DNA of 64,000 nucleotides. Source: a virus. Lineage: Duplodnaviria; Caudoviricetes. The notes beneath the pieces were generated by a model, which had not been told where the DNA came from, made no database searches, and saw only the letters and a program-made list of their open reading frames with translations. The stretch lies in IMG/VR virus record IMGVR_UViG_3300032007_000052, positions 1 to 64,000 of that record; one strand, 5' to 3'. This document shows positions 28,948-38,470 of the stretch, one piece after another. The first letter of the stretch is position 1, and each line of letters starts with the position of its first letter. Position numbers and translations under genes: made by a program.

Positions 28948-29262
28948 ATGATAACTGTTGTTTTTGCCAATGGAACTACAGCAAACTTTACGGATGATTC
29001 AACTCCGGAAGAACTTATTACGGTGGTTCAGAGTTTTGCAAGTGTCGATCCTCTTAGGGTTCAATTCAACGAGGAAAACATGGTTGGTATGACAATTGAT
29101 GAAACTATTTATGCTAATCTTCTTCCGGTTGCAACTGAGGCACGAGCTAATGTTGGAGAGAATGTCGAAGTACATTTTATTAACAGATTTAAGACAAATG
29201 AAGAAATTATGCAGGAGCAAATAACCGAATTACAGCAAGCAGTTGCTGAGATTGGGGGCTAA
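28948..29262 (+). CDS. tail-associated hypothetical protein
   Basis: AAGGAG RBS; C-terminal coiled coil ELQQAVAEI. Confidence 0.6.
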   Translation: MITVVFANGTTANFTDDSTPEELITVVQSFASVDPLRVQFNEENMVGMTIDETIYANLLPVATEARANVGENVEVHFINRFKTNEEIMQEQITELQQAVAEIGG

Positions 29263-29264
29263 AT

Positions 29265-29417
29265 ATGGGAAGTATTTATGCTAGTCTTATTTACAAACAG
29301 TCGGTATTGGGTATTCAGACTGGATATGGTTCTTTAAAAGATGTTCCTGACAAACATAAATCTGCTACAAGAGTTGCTTACAAAAAAATTTATGGTGTTG
29401 ACGTTCCAGAGGATTAA
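29265..29417 (+). CDS. small protein (CD1375-like)
   Basis: 50 aa, IYASLI...SLKDVP pattern; not in the ORF track. Confidence 0.5.
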   Translation: MGSIYASLIYKQSVLGIQTGYGSLKDVPDKHKSATRVAYKKIYGVDVPED

Positions 29418-29497
29418 GTTTTAATATTAACTATACATATCATTTTAGGCGGATTCCAGGGATGGGATTCGCCTTCTCTCTTTAGTAGGGGGGTTTT

Positions 29498-29836
29498 ATG
29501 CAGAATGTTATGAGTTTTATGCAAATGTTTTTAACGTTTGGTAATTTGTGCATTATGCTATATGCTTTCAAGGCTTTTTTATTTAAACCTCACAATAGCC
29601 TTGAACAAAGAGTTATAACTGTGGAGGTTGAATTAAAAGAGATTAAAGAATCATTGAAACATGGAAATGATAAATTTCGCAAGCAGGTGAATACAAACGA
29701 GGTGCTTATCCGGTCTACACTTGCATTAATTGAATTTGAAATGCAATATTGTCTTATAGAACACAAAGATATGTCAGCAGGATTGGCGAAGGCTAAAGCT
29801 GATTTAAATGAATATTTATCAAAAAACAATAATTAA
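29498..29836 (+). CDS. membrane/holin-associated protein
   Basis: N-terminal TM segment plus coiled coil, in the lysis region. Confidence 0.55.
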   Translation: MQNVMSFMQMFLTFGNLCIMLYAFKAFLFKPHNSLEQRVITVEVELKEIKESLKHGNDKFRKQVNTNEVLIRSTLALIEFEMQYCLIEHKDMSAGLAKAKADLNEYLSKNNN

Positions 29837-29967
29837 TTTTCGATGATTTATTGATGAAATAATGTTATAATATGTGTAGTGGTTTGCAATCCGTATATTG
29901 GAATCTCCTCCTGAAAAAGCCTTGCGTTTGGGACAGCGCAAGGCTTTTTTCTAAGAAAGGAATATTT

Positions 29968-30204
29968 ATGGCTAGAAAATCTATTAAAGAGAAAGAAAGT
30001 TCTTTATATAAATATGTGGTTTTTACTCTGACCTCATTGTGCTTATTTACAATTGCAATCCTTGTTATTTTTGTCGTAACTGGGGGATCTGAACCAAGTG
30101 CATTAATAGCTTGTTTTTTTGGTACATTTGGCGGTGAACTTTTTATGTGTGCTATGATTAAACGTTTGAAGCTTAAGACGGAGAAGGGAGATAAAGATGA
30201 ATGA
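29968..30204 (+). CDS. two-TM membrane protein (holin-like)
   Basis: Two hydrophobic helices; AAAGGA RBS. Confidence 0.6.
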   Translation: MARKSIKEKESSLYKYVVFTLTSLCLFTIAILVIFVVTGGSEPSALIACFFGTFGGELFMCAMIKRLKLKTEKGDKDE

Positions 30205-30511
30205 TATCCTATTTACTGTGACTCAATGTGTTGTTCTTGTTCTATCGGTCATTGTGAGCCGCTATTTGATTCCACTTGCCAAAACTAAACTTATGCAAAA
30301 CCAGCACGAAGAAATTAACAATATTGTTATTGAGGGTGTTAGGGGTGTTGAGCAGGTAATAGGTGGCGGAAAAGGGAAAGAGAAGAAAGAAAAAGTTATC
30401 GAATATGTTCTCGGTTACGCGCACAACAGAGGCATTAATATCACTTCTGAACAGATTGACCTTCTCATAGAGTCTGCTGTATTTGCTATGAACGGAGGTA
30501 AGAAAAAGTGA
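30197..30511 (+). CDS. holin (LL-H-like)
   Basis: N-terminal TM, GKEKKEKV and IDLLIESAV motifs; directly before the endolysin. Confidence 0.75.
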   Translation: MNDILFTVTQCVVLVLSVIVSRYLIPLAKTKLMQNQHEEINNIVIEGVRGVEQVIGGGKGKEKKEKVIEYVLGYAHNRGINITSEQIDLLIESAVFAMNGGKKK

Positions 30512-31305
30512 TATACGGGATAGATGTGTCTCATTACCAGGGCGAAATTGACTGGAAGAAGGTTGCTTCTTCAGGAAAAAAGTTTGCAATTTTAAAATGC
30601 ATGTATGAAAACTCTCACAAGGTTGATGAATATTTTGAAAAGAACTATGAGGGATGTATAAAAAACGGACTAGGAGTTGGAATTTATATTTATCATGCTA
30701 GAAAATCTATTGAAAAGCCGAATGTTGAAGCTGAGGATATTCTTAAAATTCTAAAAAATAGAACTTTAAACTATGGCATTTGGCATGATTTAGAGGACAA
30801 AAATATTAGATCTAAAGGGAAGTCATATTTTACTAATTTTTTGAAGCTTCAAGATGAATATTTTAGTAAGTATCAAACAGGAATTTATTGTAATGTGGAT
30901 TGGTATAAGAATGTTTTAGACTCAAAAGAACTATCAAAGAAATATAAATTTTGGATTGCGAGATACCCTTCACAAGACAAAGGAATTGTAGTAGAATCTC
31001 TTAGTCCTAAATCTTATAGTCAGGGTTGGCAATACTCAAGCAAAGGTAAGGTTCCAGGAATAAATGGAAATGTTGATTTGGACATAGACTTTGGAACTCT
31101 TGCTGTGACTGCGAGTGATGCCGCAGGATCAACTTTAGGAAAAGATATAAGGATTGTTACAGCTAGCCATTTAAATGCGCGTGTAGATCCTTCTACAGGG
31201 GCTGTGTTGCATGTACTTGATAAGGGTGATAAAGTTAATGTTGTGGAGACTAAGGGAAATTGGTGCAAGATTGAAGCATGGGTTTCTTCGGCGTTTTTGA
31301 AGTGA
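30508..31305 (+). CDS. endolysin, GH25 muramidase with SH3-like C-terminus
   Basis: GIDVSHYQG, DLE and WQYSSKG.VPGINGNVDLD motifs. Confidence 0.92.
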   Translation: MIYGIDVSHYQGEIDWKKVASSGKKFAILKCMYENSHKVDEYFEKNYEGCIKNGLGVGIYIYHARKSIEKPNVEAEDILKILKNRTLNYGIWHDLEDKNIRSKGKSYFTNFLKLQDEYFSKYQTGIYCNVDWYKNVLDSKELSKKYKFWIARYPSQDKGIVVESLSPKSYSQGWQYSSKGKVPGINGNVDLDIDFGTLAVTASDAAGSTLGKDIRIVTASHLNARVDPSTGAVLHVLDKGDKVNVVETKGNWCKIEAWVSSAFLK

Positions 31306-31325
31306 AAAGTTTTAAAGGTGGTTTT

Positions 31326-31673
31326 ATGAGTGATTTAAAAGAAAAATTGGGGATTGAAAAAGACAGACCTATTCCGGCAGATTTTAATATTCCTTATTAT
31401 ATTCATCAAGATGATTTAAATAAGCTTGATATGAGTCATAAAAGAATTGAAAAGTGGATTGTTTTTGTTTGCATTATTATTTTCATTGCGTTTGTTGGAA
31501 CTAATGCTGCATGGATTTGGTATGAGCATCAATATCAGGATGTTATGACCGAAACTTATTCTGCAACTTCTGATGATGGTGGAAATGCCATTGCAAATTG
31601 TGAAGGGAGTGTGGTTATAGGTGACCAGGGCGGTTTACACGAGAACAAGAAGACGAGTAAGACGAATCCCTAA
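31326..31673 (+). CDS. single-TM membrane protein
   Basis: Hydrophobic WIVFVCIIIFIAFVGTNAAWIW segment. Confidence 0.6.
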   Translation: MSDLKEKLGIEKDRPIPADFNIPYYIHQDDLNKLDMSHKRIEKWIVFVCIIIFIAFVGTNAAWIWYEHQYQDVMTETYSATSDDGGNAIANCEGSVVIGDQGGLHENKKTSKTNP

Positions 31674-31740
31674 AGGATATGTAAGATGTAACGTTTGTAA
31701 AGGCAAGGGATATCATCCTGCTCCTAAGAGAAAGAAGTGA
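31621..31740 (+). CDS. small Arg-rich peptide with CxxCxGxG motif (39 aa)
   Basis: GTG start after GGAG; translates MTRAVYTRTRRRVRRIPKGYVRCNVCKGKGYHPAPKRKK. Confidence 0.5.
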   Translation: MTRAVYTRTRRRVRRIPKGYVRCNVCKGKGYHPAPKRKK

Positions 31741-31747
31741 GGTTAAT

Positions 31748-32380
31748 ATGGCTACTTACTATGGTATTCAAGAAGATTCGGATGGAAATGTTTTGCTTCC
31801 TGTTCCTAACGGAATATGTGGTATAGAAAGAGGGGCATCCGCTACTCAATCATACGTTAAAGGAAATCTTGTTTATGTTGGGAATCGTTTATGCCAAGTT
31901 AATTCCGCTATAACTGTAGGAGACGCTTTGACGATAGGTGGGAATGTATCGTACACATCAATGGCTAATCAGGTTCACAATATTAAGGTTTTTGTTAATA
32001 ATAATGGGGAATTGGTCTTTACAGATCATACAGGTGCCGATACAGTACTAAATTTTAGCCAAATTTATGATTTGGGTACAGGCACAAGTTTTAATGTATC
32101 ATCAGTTAGTGGGTATAGAAATTTTACTGTTGATAATTTTATGATTGCACCATTATCATCAGGAGATTCAACTTCTATCGGTAATCAAAATCCTGGTCAA
32201 GGGTGGTATTTTGGAGGATATACTGCTTCACGCAGTTATAACCAGTCTACAGGAATTTTTACAACTACATTAAAAGCAACTTTATCTGCAAATTCCATGT
32301 CCTCGGAATCCTCCAATAAAGCAGTTCACGCTTATCTTATAACAAAAACTTCTGGCATCAGGCCATTGCCTAATCCTTAA
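31748..32380 (+). CDS. fibre-like protein D (N-domain paralogous to 6278)
   Basis: SATQSYVKGNLVYVGNRLCQVNSAITVGDALTIGGNV aligns with STHAYTVGKQLIFNGLLCKATSAIAVGDTLAVGTNI. Confidence 0.65.
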   Translation: MATYYGIQEDSDGNVLLPVPNGICGIERGASATQSYVKGNLVYVGNRLCQVNSAITVGDALTIGGNVSYTSMANQVHNIKVFVNNNGELVFTDHTGADTVLNFSQIYDLGTGTSFNVSSVSGYRNFTVDNFMIAPLSSGDSTSIGNQNPGQGWYFGGYTASRSYNQSTGIFTTTLKATLSANSMSSESSNKAVHAYLITKTSGIRPLPNP

Positions 32381-32390
32381 GGGAAAATCT

Positions 32391-32618
32391 ATGAAACATA
32401 CCGTTGATGGAATGTCTAAATCAGAACTTTGTGAGATTATAGATAGCATTATAGGATTCAAAGCGGAAAGAAATCGTAATATACTCAAAAGACGGTTATG
32501 TGATGGTTTGACTTTTGAAGAATTGAGTGAAGAGTTTGACATATCTGTTAATCAAGTTAAAAGAATTGTGTATAATGGAATAGCAGAGATACTTAAAAAG
32601 GCTTCAGGATTTACCTGA
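32391..32618 (+). CDS. sigma-region-4-like HTH protein
   Basis: RNILKRRLCDGLTFEELSEEFDISVNQVKRIV. Confidence 0.75.
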   Translation: MKHTVDGMSKSELCEIIDSIIGFKAERNRNILKRRLCDGLTFEELSEEFDISVNQVKRIVYNGIAEILKKASGFT

Positions 32619-32767
32619 AGCCTTTTTTTTGGTTAATAATGTTCTTTACGTCATAAAGTCCTTGGCTTTAGTCATTGGGAGAAGTCAGTAAATGATACTA
32701 TTTTGATACTTTTTTGGTATTTTCTCATAAAGAAATAACTCATAGAATTATATTATGAGGTGAGAGT

Positions 32768-33154
32768 ATGCCATATAAGTATTATAATCCGAATCCAAGA
32801 CACAATAATTCAGTCGGAGATTGTACAATAAGAGCAGTTTCAAAAGCATTAAATATTCCGTGGGAAACTGCCTATATTGATTTAGTTATGCAGGGATATG
32901 AGATTGGTGATATGCCCTCATCTAATGTTGTGTTAAATTCTTATCTTAGGTCGAAGTGGTTTAGACGAAATGTTGTATCTAATCTTTGTCCTGATTGCTA
33001 TACTTTTAGTGATTTTGCAAGAGAACATCCAAAAGGTACTTATATTGTTTGTACTGGAACTCATGTTGCATGTATAAAAGATGGAATACTATATGACAGC
33101 TGGGACAGTTCAGACGAGGTTGTGATTTTCTATTATGAGAGAGAGGATTATTGA
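32768..33154 (+). CDS. module gene 1, papain/C39-like fold candidate
   Basis: NPNP...GDCTIRA, H-V and YDSWDS suggest a Cys-His-Asp triad. Confidence 0.55.
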   Translation: MPYKYYNPNPRHNNSVGDCTIRAVSKALNIPWETAYIDLVMQGYEIGDMPSSNVVLNSYLRSKWFRRNVVSNLCPDCYTFSDFAREHPKGTYIVCTGTHVACIKDGILYDSWDSSDEVVIFYYEREDY

Positions 33155-33591
33155 TGAGTTATCCTATGTATTATCCAAATTATCAGCAGCAATATCAGCA
33201 GCCGATGATGCCGCAACAATATCAACAGCCGGTAGTTCAACAGATGCCTCAGCAGCAACAACAGATTTTGGCTTGGGTACAATCTGAAGAGGAAGGAATG
33301 AACTTTCCTTTGTCAACTAATCAAAGTATTTTTCTCATGAATCAAAATGAACCTTATCTTTATATGAAATCTGTAGATCAGCTTGGCAAGAGTACTTTTA
33401 TTAAAAAAAGACTAGTTGATGAGAGTGATAATAATAATAAAAACCAGATTGACTTATCTGCCTATATCAAACGTGAAGAGATAGAAAATATTATTACAGA
33501 TAGAATTCAAAAAGAAGTTGACAAACGTGTATCTCAGCTTTCTTTTAAACCCACGAAAAAGAAAGTCATTTTAGAGGATGATGAGGACTAA
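33154..33591 (+). CDS. module gene 2, Gln/Pro-rich protein
   Basis: QQQYQQP N-terminus; WVQ...YMKSVDQLG. Confidence 0.65.
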   Translation: MSYPMYYPNYQQQYQQPMMPQQYQQPVVQQMPQQQQQILAWVQSEEEGMNFPLSTNQSIFLMNQNEPYLYMKSVDQLGKSTFIKKRLVDESDNNNKNQIDLSAYIKREEIENIITDRIQKEVDKRVSQLSFKPTKKKVILEDDED

Positions 33592-33593
33592 GA

Positions 33594-33881
33594 ATGAATC
33601 CATTTTTTAACATACCTAATATGGGAATGCCTGTTAATCCTATGCAAAATATGATGAATGTGCTTAATCAGGTCAGGCAGATTAAGCAGAATCCACAGCA
33701 GCTTGCTTGTCTTTTGAAACAACGTGGAATGATAAACGATAATCAGGTTGAAGAAATTCAAAAGATGGGGAATAATTACGAGCAAATTGGACATTATCTG
33801 ATGAATAATGGAAGCATTCCTCCTAACATTCAACAATATCAGGGACAAGTCCAACAAATGCAAAATATGATTAACAATTAA
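33594..33881 (+). CDS. module gene 3, Met/Gln/Asn-rich protein
   Basis: Composition; NPQQ motif. Confidence 0.65.
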   Translation: MNPFFNIPNMGMPVNPMQNMMNVLNQVRQIKQNPQQLACLLKQRGMINDNQVEEIQKMGNNYEQIGHYLMNNGSIPPNIQQYQGQVQQMQNMINN

Positions 33882-34028
33882 ATAAGCGCATCTAATTGTG
33901 GTGGACAATTAAACGCGCTCATTTACGGATATGCTTACACATATACCCTAGACAAGTTTATTGTAAGCTTTTCGTAAATGTTTATCAATGGTTTTATGCG
34001 CATAAATATATAACGAAAGGAGCTTACT

Positions 34029-34922
34029 ATGACAGAAAATAGTAATATGGTCATGCCGGTAGCACCAGCTTATAATGGTGGTGGATTCGGTGGCGGTTTT
34101 GGTTATGGCGGTGATTTTTGGCTTATCCTTATTCTGCTGTTTGCCTTTGGTGGTTGGGGCAATGGCTTTGGCGGATGGGGTGGCAATAATGCCGCTGCTG
34201 ATGGAGCTATCCTTTATCCTTGGATGAATCAGAGCAATCAGATTCATGATGGCTTCCGTGATCAGATGATTAATACTTCTGTAAATGGAATCCAGAACGC
34301 TGTTACAAGCGGTTTTGGTGATGTTCAGCTTGGCATTGCAGGTATCAATCAGAACATTTGTCAGTCAACAGCAGGAGTAACACAGGCTGTTTCTAATGGT
34401 TTTTCACAGGCTGAGATTGCTAATAACACAAGACAGATAGCAAATATGCAGCAAGCTTTTGCTAATCAGACAGCAATGAATCAGGGCTTTAACGGTGTTC
34501 AGAGTCAGCTTGCTCAGTGTTGTTGTGATAATCGTTTGGCTACATCTCAGCTTTCAAACACTGTGCAGAATGAAGGCAATGCTACACGTTTTGCTGATGC
34601 AAATAATACAAGAGATCTTATTGAGAATCAGAATAGAAATAGTCAGGCTATTCTTGATAAGCTTTGCGCCCTTGAACTTGACGGGGTTAAAAATCAGCTG
34701 GCTCAGGCTGAGAGAGATAATATTTCTCTTCAGAATCAACTTAATATGGCTGCTCTTAGAGAGTCTCAGACTGCTCAGAATGCATTTATTCAGCAGGGAT
34801 TCACAAACGAAATCGATCAACTCTATAGCAGACTATCCAGTTGCCCTATCCCAAGTACTCCGGTATTTGGAAGAACTCCTATCTTTACATGTAACAATGG
34901 TGGATGTGGTTGCGGTATGTAA
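34029..34922 (+). CDS. module gene 4, Gly-rich TM plus coiled-coil protein with CCC
   Basis: GGFGGGFG, WLILILLFAFGGWGNG, AQCCCDNR and C-terminal CGC. Confidence 0.75.
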   Translation: MTENSNMVMPVAPAYNGGGFGGGFGYGGDFWLILILLFAFGGWGNGFGGWGGNNAAADGAILYPWMNQSNQIHDGFRDQMINTSVNGIQNAVTSGFGDVQLGIAGINQNICQSTAGVTQAVSNGFSQAEIANNTRQIANMQQAFANQTAMNQGFNGVQSQLAQCCCDNRLATSQLSNTVQNEGNATRFADANNTRDLIENQNRNSQAILDKLCALELDGVKNQLAQAERDNISLQNQLNMAALRESQTAQNAFIQQGFTNEIDQLYSRLSSCPIPSTPVFGRTPIFTCNNGGCGCGM

Positions 34923-34934
34923 GGAGGAATTAAA

Positions 34935-35390
34935 ATGGCAGAATATATCGAGGTCCCGGTTCAGAATGTTGCTTTAAATAATCCAATCGTATTTTCCTCT
35001 TCGCCTATTCCATGCAACAAAGGATATGTGTTACATGAGGATGGCACAGGAAATTTTATTCTGCGAGGAGTAACAAACAATTGCTTTGCCAGATATCAAA
35101 TTGTTTACAGTGGAAATGTGGATATTCCGGAGGGCGGTGCAGTGACAGCTGTAGGGCTTGCCATAAGTGTTAATGGGGAAGAAAGACCGTCAAGTTTGGC
35201 AATTTACACTCCACAGGCTGTTGAGGAACAAGGAAATTTAACCTGTACTGCCATTGTAACGGTTCCGCGCGGATGCTGTTTCAATGTTTCAGTGAGATAT
35301 GTGGATGCAACTGTTAATGATCCAGCTGTTACTCCTACACCTACAATCGAAGTTGCTAATAGTAATTTAACTATTACCAGGATAGCGTGA
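34935..35390 (+). CDS. module gene 5, BclA-CTD/C1q-like beta protein
   Basis: 151-aa beta-rich protein ending ANSNLTITRIA. Confidence 0.6.
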   Translation: MAEYIEVPVQNVALNNPIVFSSSPIPCNKGYVLHEDGTGNFILRGVTNNCFARYQIVYSGNVDIPEGGAVTAVGLAISVNGEERPSSLAIYTPQAVEEQGNLTCTAIVTVPRGCCFNVSVRYVDATVNDPAVTPTPTIEVANSNLTITRIA

Positions 35391-35401
35391 AAGGAGCATG
35401 T

Positions 35402-35812
35402 ATGAAAGTTTTTGATCAGATAGAAGACATGCTTTGTGATGAGCTTGAACAGATTGCTAAGAAAAAGGAATTAACTTCTAGCAGCTTGGATGTAATTGAT
35501 AAGGCTGTTGATGTCATTAAAGATATAAGAACTGTTCATGCAATGGAGCAGGAATACCCTGAAGGATATTCTAACAATGGATATTCAACTGGGTACTTCC
35601 AGAGATATCCTTACTACATGTATGATGAGATGCCACAGGGCAATTCTTATGCAAGAGGTCGCAATGCTGAGAGAGATGCAAGAGGCCGATACAGTAGTGA
35701 GGGATATTCGAGAGATTCGATGTCTGAGGAACTTAGGCAGATGATGAATCGTGCATCAAATGATAAAGAGAGGGATGCAATCAGAAAAGCACTTGATAGC
35801 ATGTCAATGTAA
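35402..35812 (+). CDS. module gene 6, hypothetical protein
   Basis: SYARGRNAERDARGRYSS motif. Confidence 0.65.
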   Translation: MKVFDQIEDMLCDELEQIAKKKELTSSSLDVIDKAVDVIKDIRTVHAMEQEYPEGYSNNGYSTGYFQRYPYYMYDEMPQGNSYARGRNAERDARGRYSSEGYSRDSMSEELRQMMNRASNDKERDAIRKALDSMSM

Positions 35813-35860
35813 GAGGAAGGCAGTAGTTTCCTATATGGAGCTACTGTCTTTTTTGATGCA

Positions 35861-35925
35861 AATATTTTTGCTGCGAAAATGCAGCGAGGGAACAATATTT
35901 TTGCTGCGAAAACGCAGCGAGGGAA
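35861..35925. repeat. tandem 32-bp hairpin duplication
   Basis: AATATTTTTGCTGCGAAAAYGCAGCGAGGGAA at 35861-35892 and 35894-35925. Confidence 0.85.
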
Positions 35926-36275
35926 AGGAAAATTATGAAGAATATAGATAAGATAAAAGGAATGGATGTTGATGAATTAGTTGAATTTATGTGGCAGTGG
36001 TACGGAGATGATGATTCTATGTGGTTTTACTATCCGGAAAAATTTGGAAAAGGAAAAAGGAAATTTAATTCTGAAGATGAGATAAAAGAATGGTTAGAAA
36101 AAGACACTGAATAATCAGTGCCTTTTTCGCATAACCAAAACACTAAAACAGGAAAGCACAAAAATTAAAAAAGTAAAGGGAAAACACCAAGCAATCGTTA
36201 ATGTAATACAAACGAAGTCAACAACTTGTACTTATGCAATGAATGTATTACAATCTATACATGGAGGTGCAAAAT

Positions 36276-36512
36276 ATGAGTACATTAATAACAGCAAGAA
36301 TAAATGAAAATGATAAGAAGGACTTTGATAGTTTTTGTGAGAATGTTGGATTAACAACATCAACAGCTATCAATATGTTTATTAAGGCGGTTCTTAGAGA
36401 ATACAAAATTCCTTTTGATATTTATGATGATACGTTTTATTGTAAAAATAATCAGGAATCAATCAAGGGTTCACAAGAACTGGAACCTGATTTTGTAGAG
36501 GTGGATGATTAA
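36276..36512 (+). CDS. RelB/DinJ-family antitoxin (orphan)
   Basis: ITARINENDKKDF...VGLTTSTAINMFIKAVLREYKIPF; upstream TGTAATACA/TGTATTACA boxes. Confidence 0.8.
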   Translation: MSTLITARINENDKKDFDSFCENVGLTTSTAINMFIKAVLREYKIPFDIYDDTFYCKNNQESIKGSQELEPDFVEVDD

Positions 36513-36724
36513 CAAAAAAGCTGGTCCATTCAATACGAACGAATCAGCTTTTTTGATCACAAAGCTATAATTTTTTATAGGAGATATATGCTATTATCAT
36601 ATTCCAGAAACAAAATGTCAATATACAGTAAACATTTATGCGTAAATATGTTATAATAAAGACACCCCAAATAACTTTCTACCCATGCCACTTAGAACTC
36701 CCATCCTTCTCTAAGTGGCATATC

Positions 36725-37291
36725 TTATACTATATCAGAATATCCTAGAAGCATCTGGTCTTCTTCATAGGAACTTACACCTAAATATCTTTGAGTAATA
36801 GCAGGACTGCTATGTTGATAAAAATTCATTACTTTAATAATGTTGTAGCCACTTGCTTCATAGAGATTCATTCCACAATATTTCCTAAATGAGTGAGTAG
36901 ATATGTTTTCATATTCCAAAAAATCACATACCTTTTTTAGATATTTTTGAACTGATCGTTCTGTCATAGGGAATATGAGATCATTTTTCTTTATTTCATT
37001 TTCCTTGATGTATAAGTTCAAATGCTTATAGAACTCGTGACTGATGCTCTTGTAGCGTTTCTTTTTTGTTTTCTGCTCAATTATACTAATCTTATAAATA
37101 CCACCCGCAAAAACGAAGCTAGAGGGTTTTAAAGCTAATACATCCTCAATACGGATTCCTAAATTTGCTTCGGCTATAAGAACTTCTGATATTCTGATGT
37201 TTGGTTTGAAATAGTATGAGCCTGTTCTCATTGCTTCGATAATTGTTTTATATTGGTGTCTGGTTAACGGTACTGTTGCGTATGCTCCCAT
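36725..37291 (-). CDS. small tyrosine recombinase (catalytic domain only)
   Basis: R (GIRIED), K (EQKT), HSFRK, H (QHSS) and Y (TQRYL) all present. Confidence 0.88.
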   Translation of the reverse strand: MGAYATVPLTRHQYKTIIEAMRTGSYYFKPNIRISEVLIAEANLGIRIEDVLALKPSSFVFAGGIYKISIIEQKTKKKRYKSISHEFYKHLNLYIKENEIKKNDLIFPMTERSVQKYLKKVCDFLEYENISTHSFRKYCGMNLYEASGYNIIKVMNFYQHSSPAITQRYLGVSSYEEDQMLLGYSDIV

Positions 37292-37301
37292 GTGAATCCT
37301 T

Positions 37302-37844
37302 TCAATGTAAATAATCCTTATATTTTTCTATGAATTTCTTTATAGAACTTATTGTTCCGTATCTGTATTCTATTAATTTCCTTTTTGGACTGTTTAAAAC
37401 ATCAATAGCAGAGAATTCTTTATTTGTCATTTCATTTATACAATTAATCATTCCTGAATATCTTATTTCCGAAGAATTGATAAAATGGTATTGCCTTTTT
37501 ATTTCCTTCAGATGATTAGTTATTCTGAATTCGTTATGCTGATTTACATCTATTTGACTAGCTAAAAGTGCTTTAACAATATGAGTATCATCAGGATGAT
37601 AACTTATATCATTTGATTTATGTGTATGATAAGTGTTAACTGATATGTTTGCCAGGTCTACTAGCTTAGGTGAAAACGAAAGTTTTCTTCCTGATGTCAA
37701 TCTTAACGAATCATTTAAGATGTCTTCTTTTGTTAAGGCTGCTATTTCTTTTACTTTTAAGCCTTCAAAAAGCGCTAATACTATAAAAGCATCAGCAGGT
37801 GTTAACTTTTCAATTGTGTTGCATAATTCTTTATATGTAATCAT
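37302..37844 (-). CDS. tyrosine-recombinase-fold regulator (MrpR/YopR-like)
   Basis: DAFIVLALFEGLKVKEIAALTKEDI and IRYSGMI; catalytic set degenerate. Confidence 0.55.
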   Translation of the reverse strand: MITYKELCNTIEKLTPADAFIVLALFEGLKVKEIAALTKEDILNDSLRLTSGRKLSFSPKLVDLANISVNTYHTHKSNDISYHPDDTHIVKALLASQIDVNQHNEFRITNHLKEIKRQYHFINSSEIRYSGMINCINEMTNKEFSAIDVLNSPKRKLIEYRYGTISSIKKFIEKYKDYLH

Positions 37845-37845
37845 A

Positions 37846-38307
37846 TTACTCCCTTATTTGTAGTTGTATATCACATTCGTTATCGACAATTTCGAGAATA
37901 TTTTTCCATTCTCCGGATGCAAGAAGCTCATTATGAAGATCATTTGCTTTTTCGAGTAATGATCCTATACGGCTATCGTTCCATTTGTATTTTCTTTTCA
38001 TTGTCAACGCAAAAAGAGACATCATTTTAAGCCAGTTGTCTTCAAGTCCTTCTTCAACTTGTGTTTGGCAATCGTCAATACGAGAGTCAAGTTGCTGCTG
38101 GTATTTAATTCTCATTTGTTCTGATTCTTCAGCTTGTCTTTTTTCGAAGGCTTGATTTCTGTTTTGAACTTTCCCAAGTGCCTTAATGATTCTTCGGCGG
38201 TCACTTCGATTTTTTCCATTTGCATTTACCTGGGCTGCAATGTAGTTTGATACATCATTTGATTCAGCTTCAAGTTTTGATAGGTCGATACTAAGATATT
38301 TATTCAC
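37846..38307 (-). CDS. hypothetical protein
   Basis: GGGAGG RBS; operon with the recombinase. Confidence 0.6.
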   Translation of the reverse strand: MNKYLSIDLSKLEAESNDVSNYIAAQVNANGKNRSDRRRIIKALGKVQNRNQAFEKRQAEESEQMRIKYQQQLDSRIDDCQTQVEEGLEDNWLKMMSLFALTMKRKYKWNDSRIGSLLEKANDLHNELLASGEWKNILEIVDNECDIQLQIRE

Positions 38308-38470
38308 GATAGCCCTCCCGTTTTTGCGTACAATGCGCTTTAATTAAAGTTATGTATAAATGTTAGCAGATGACTTTTTTGCTTGTTACGTGAGGAAATA
38401 GACAGGGTTTTGCCCCGCACTCAATACCTGAAGGGGCATTTCAGTTCATGAGTGCATAACCCTATATCCA

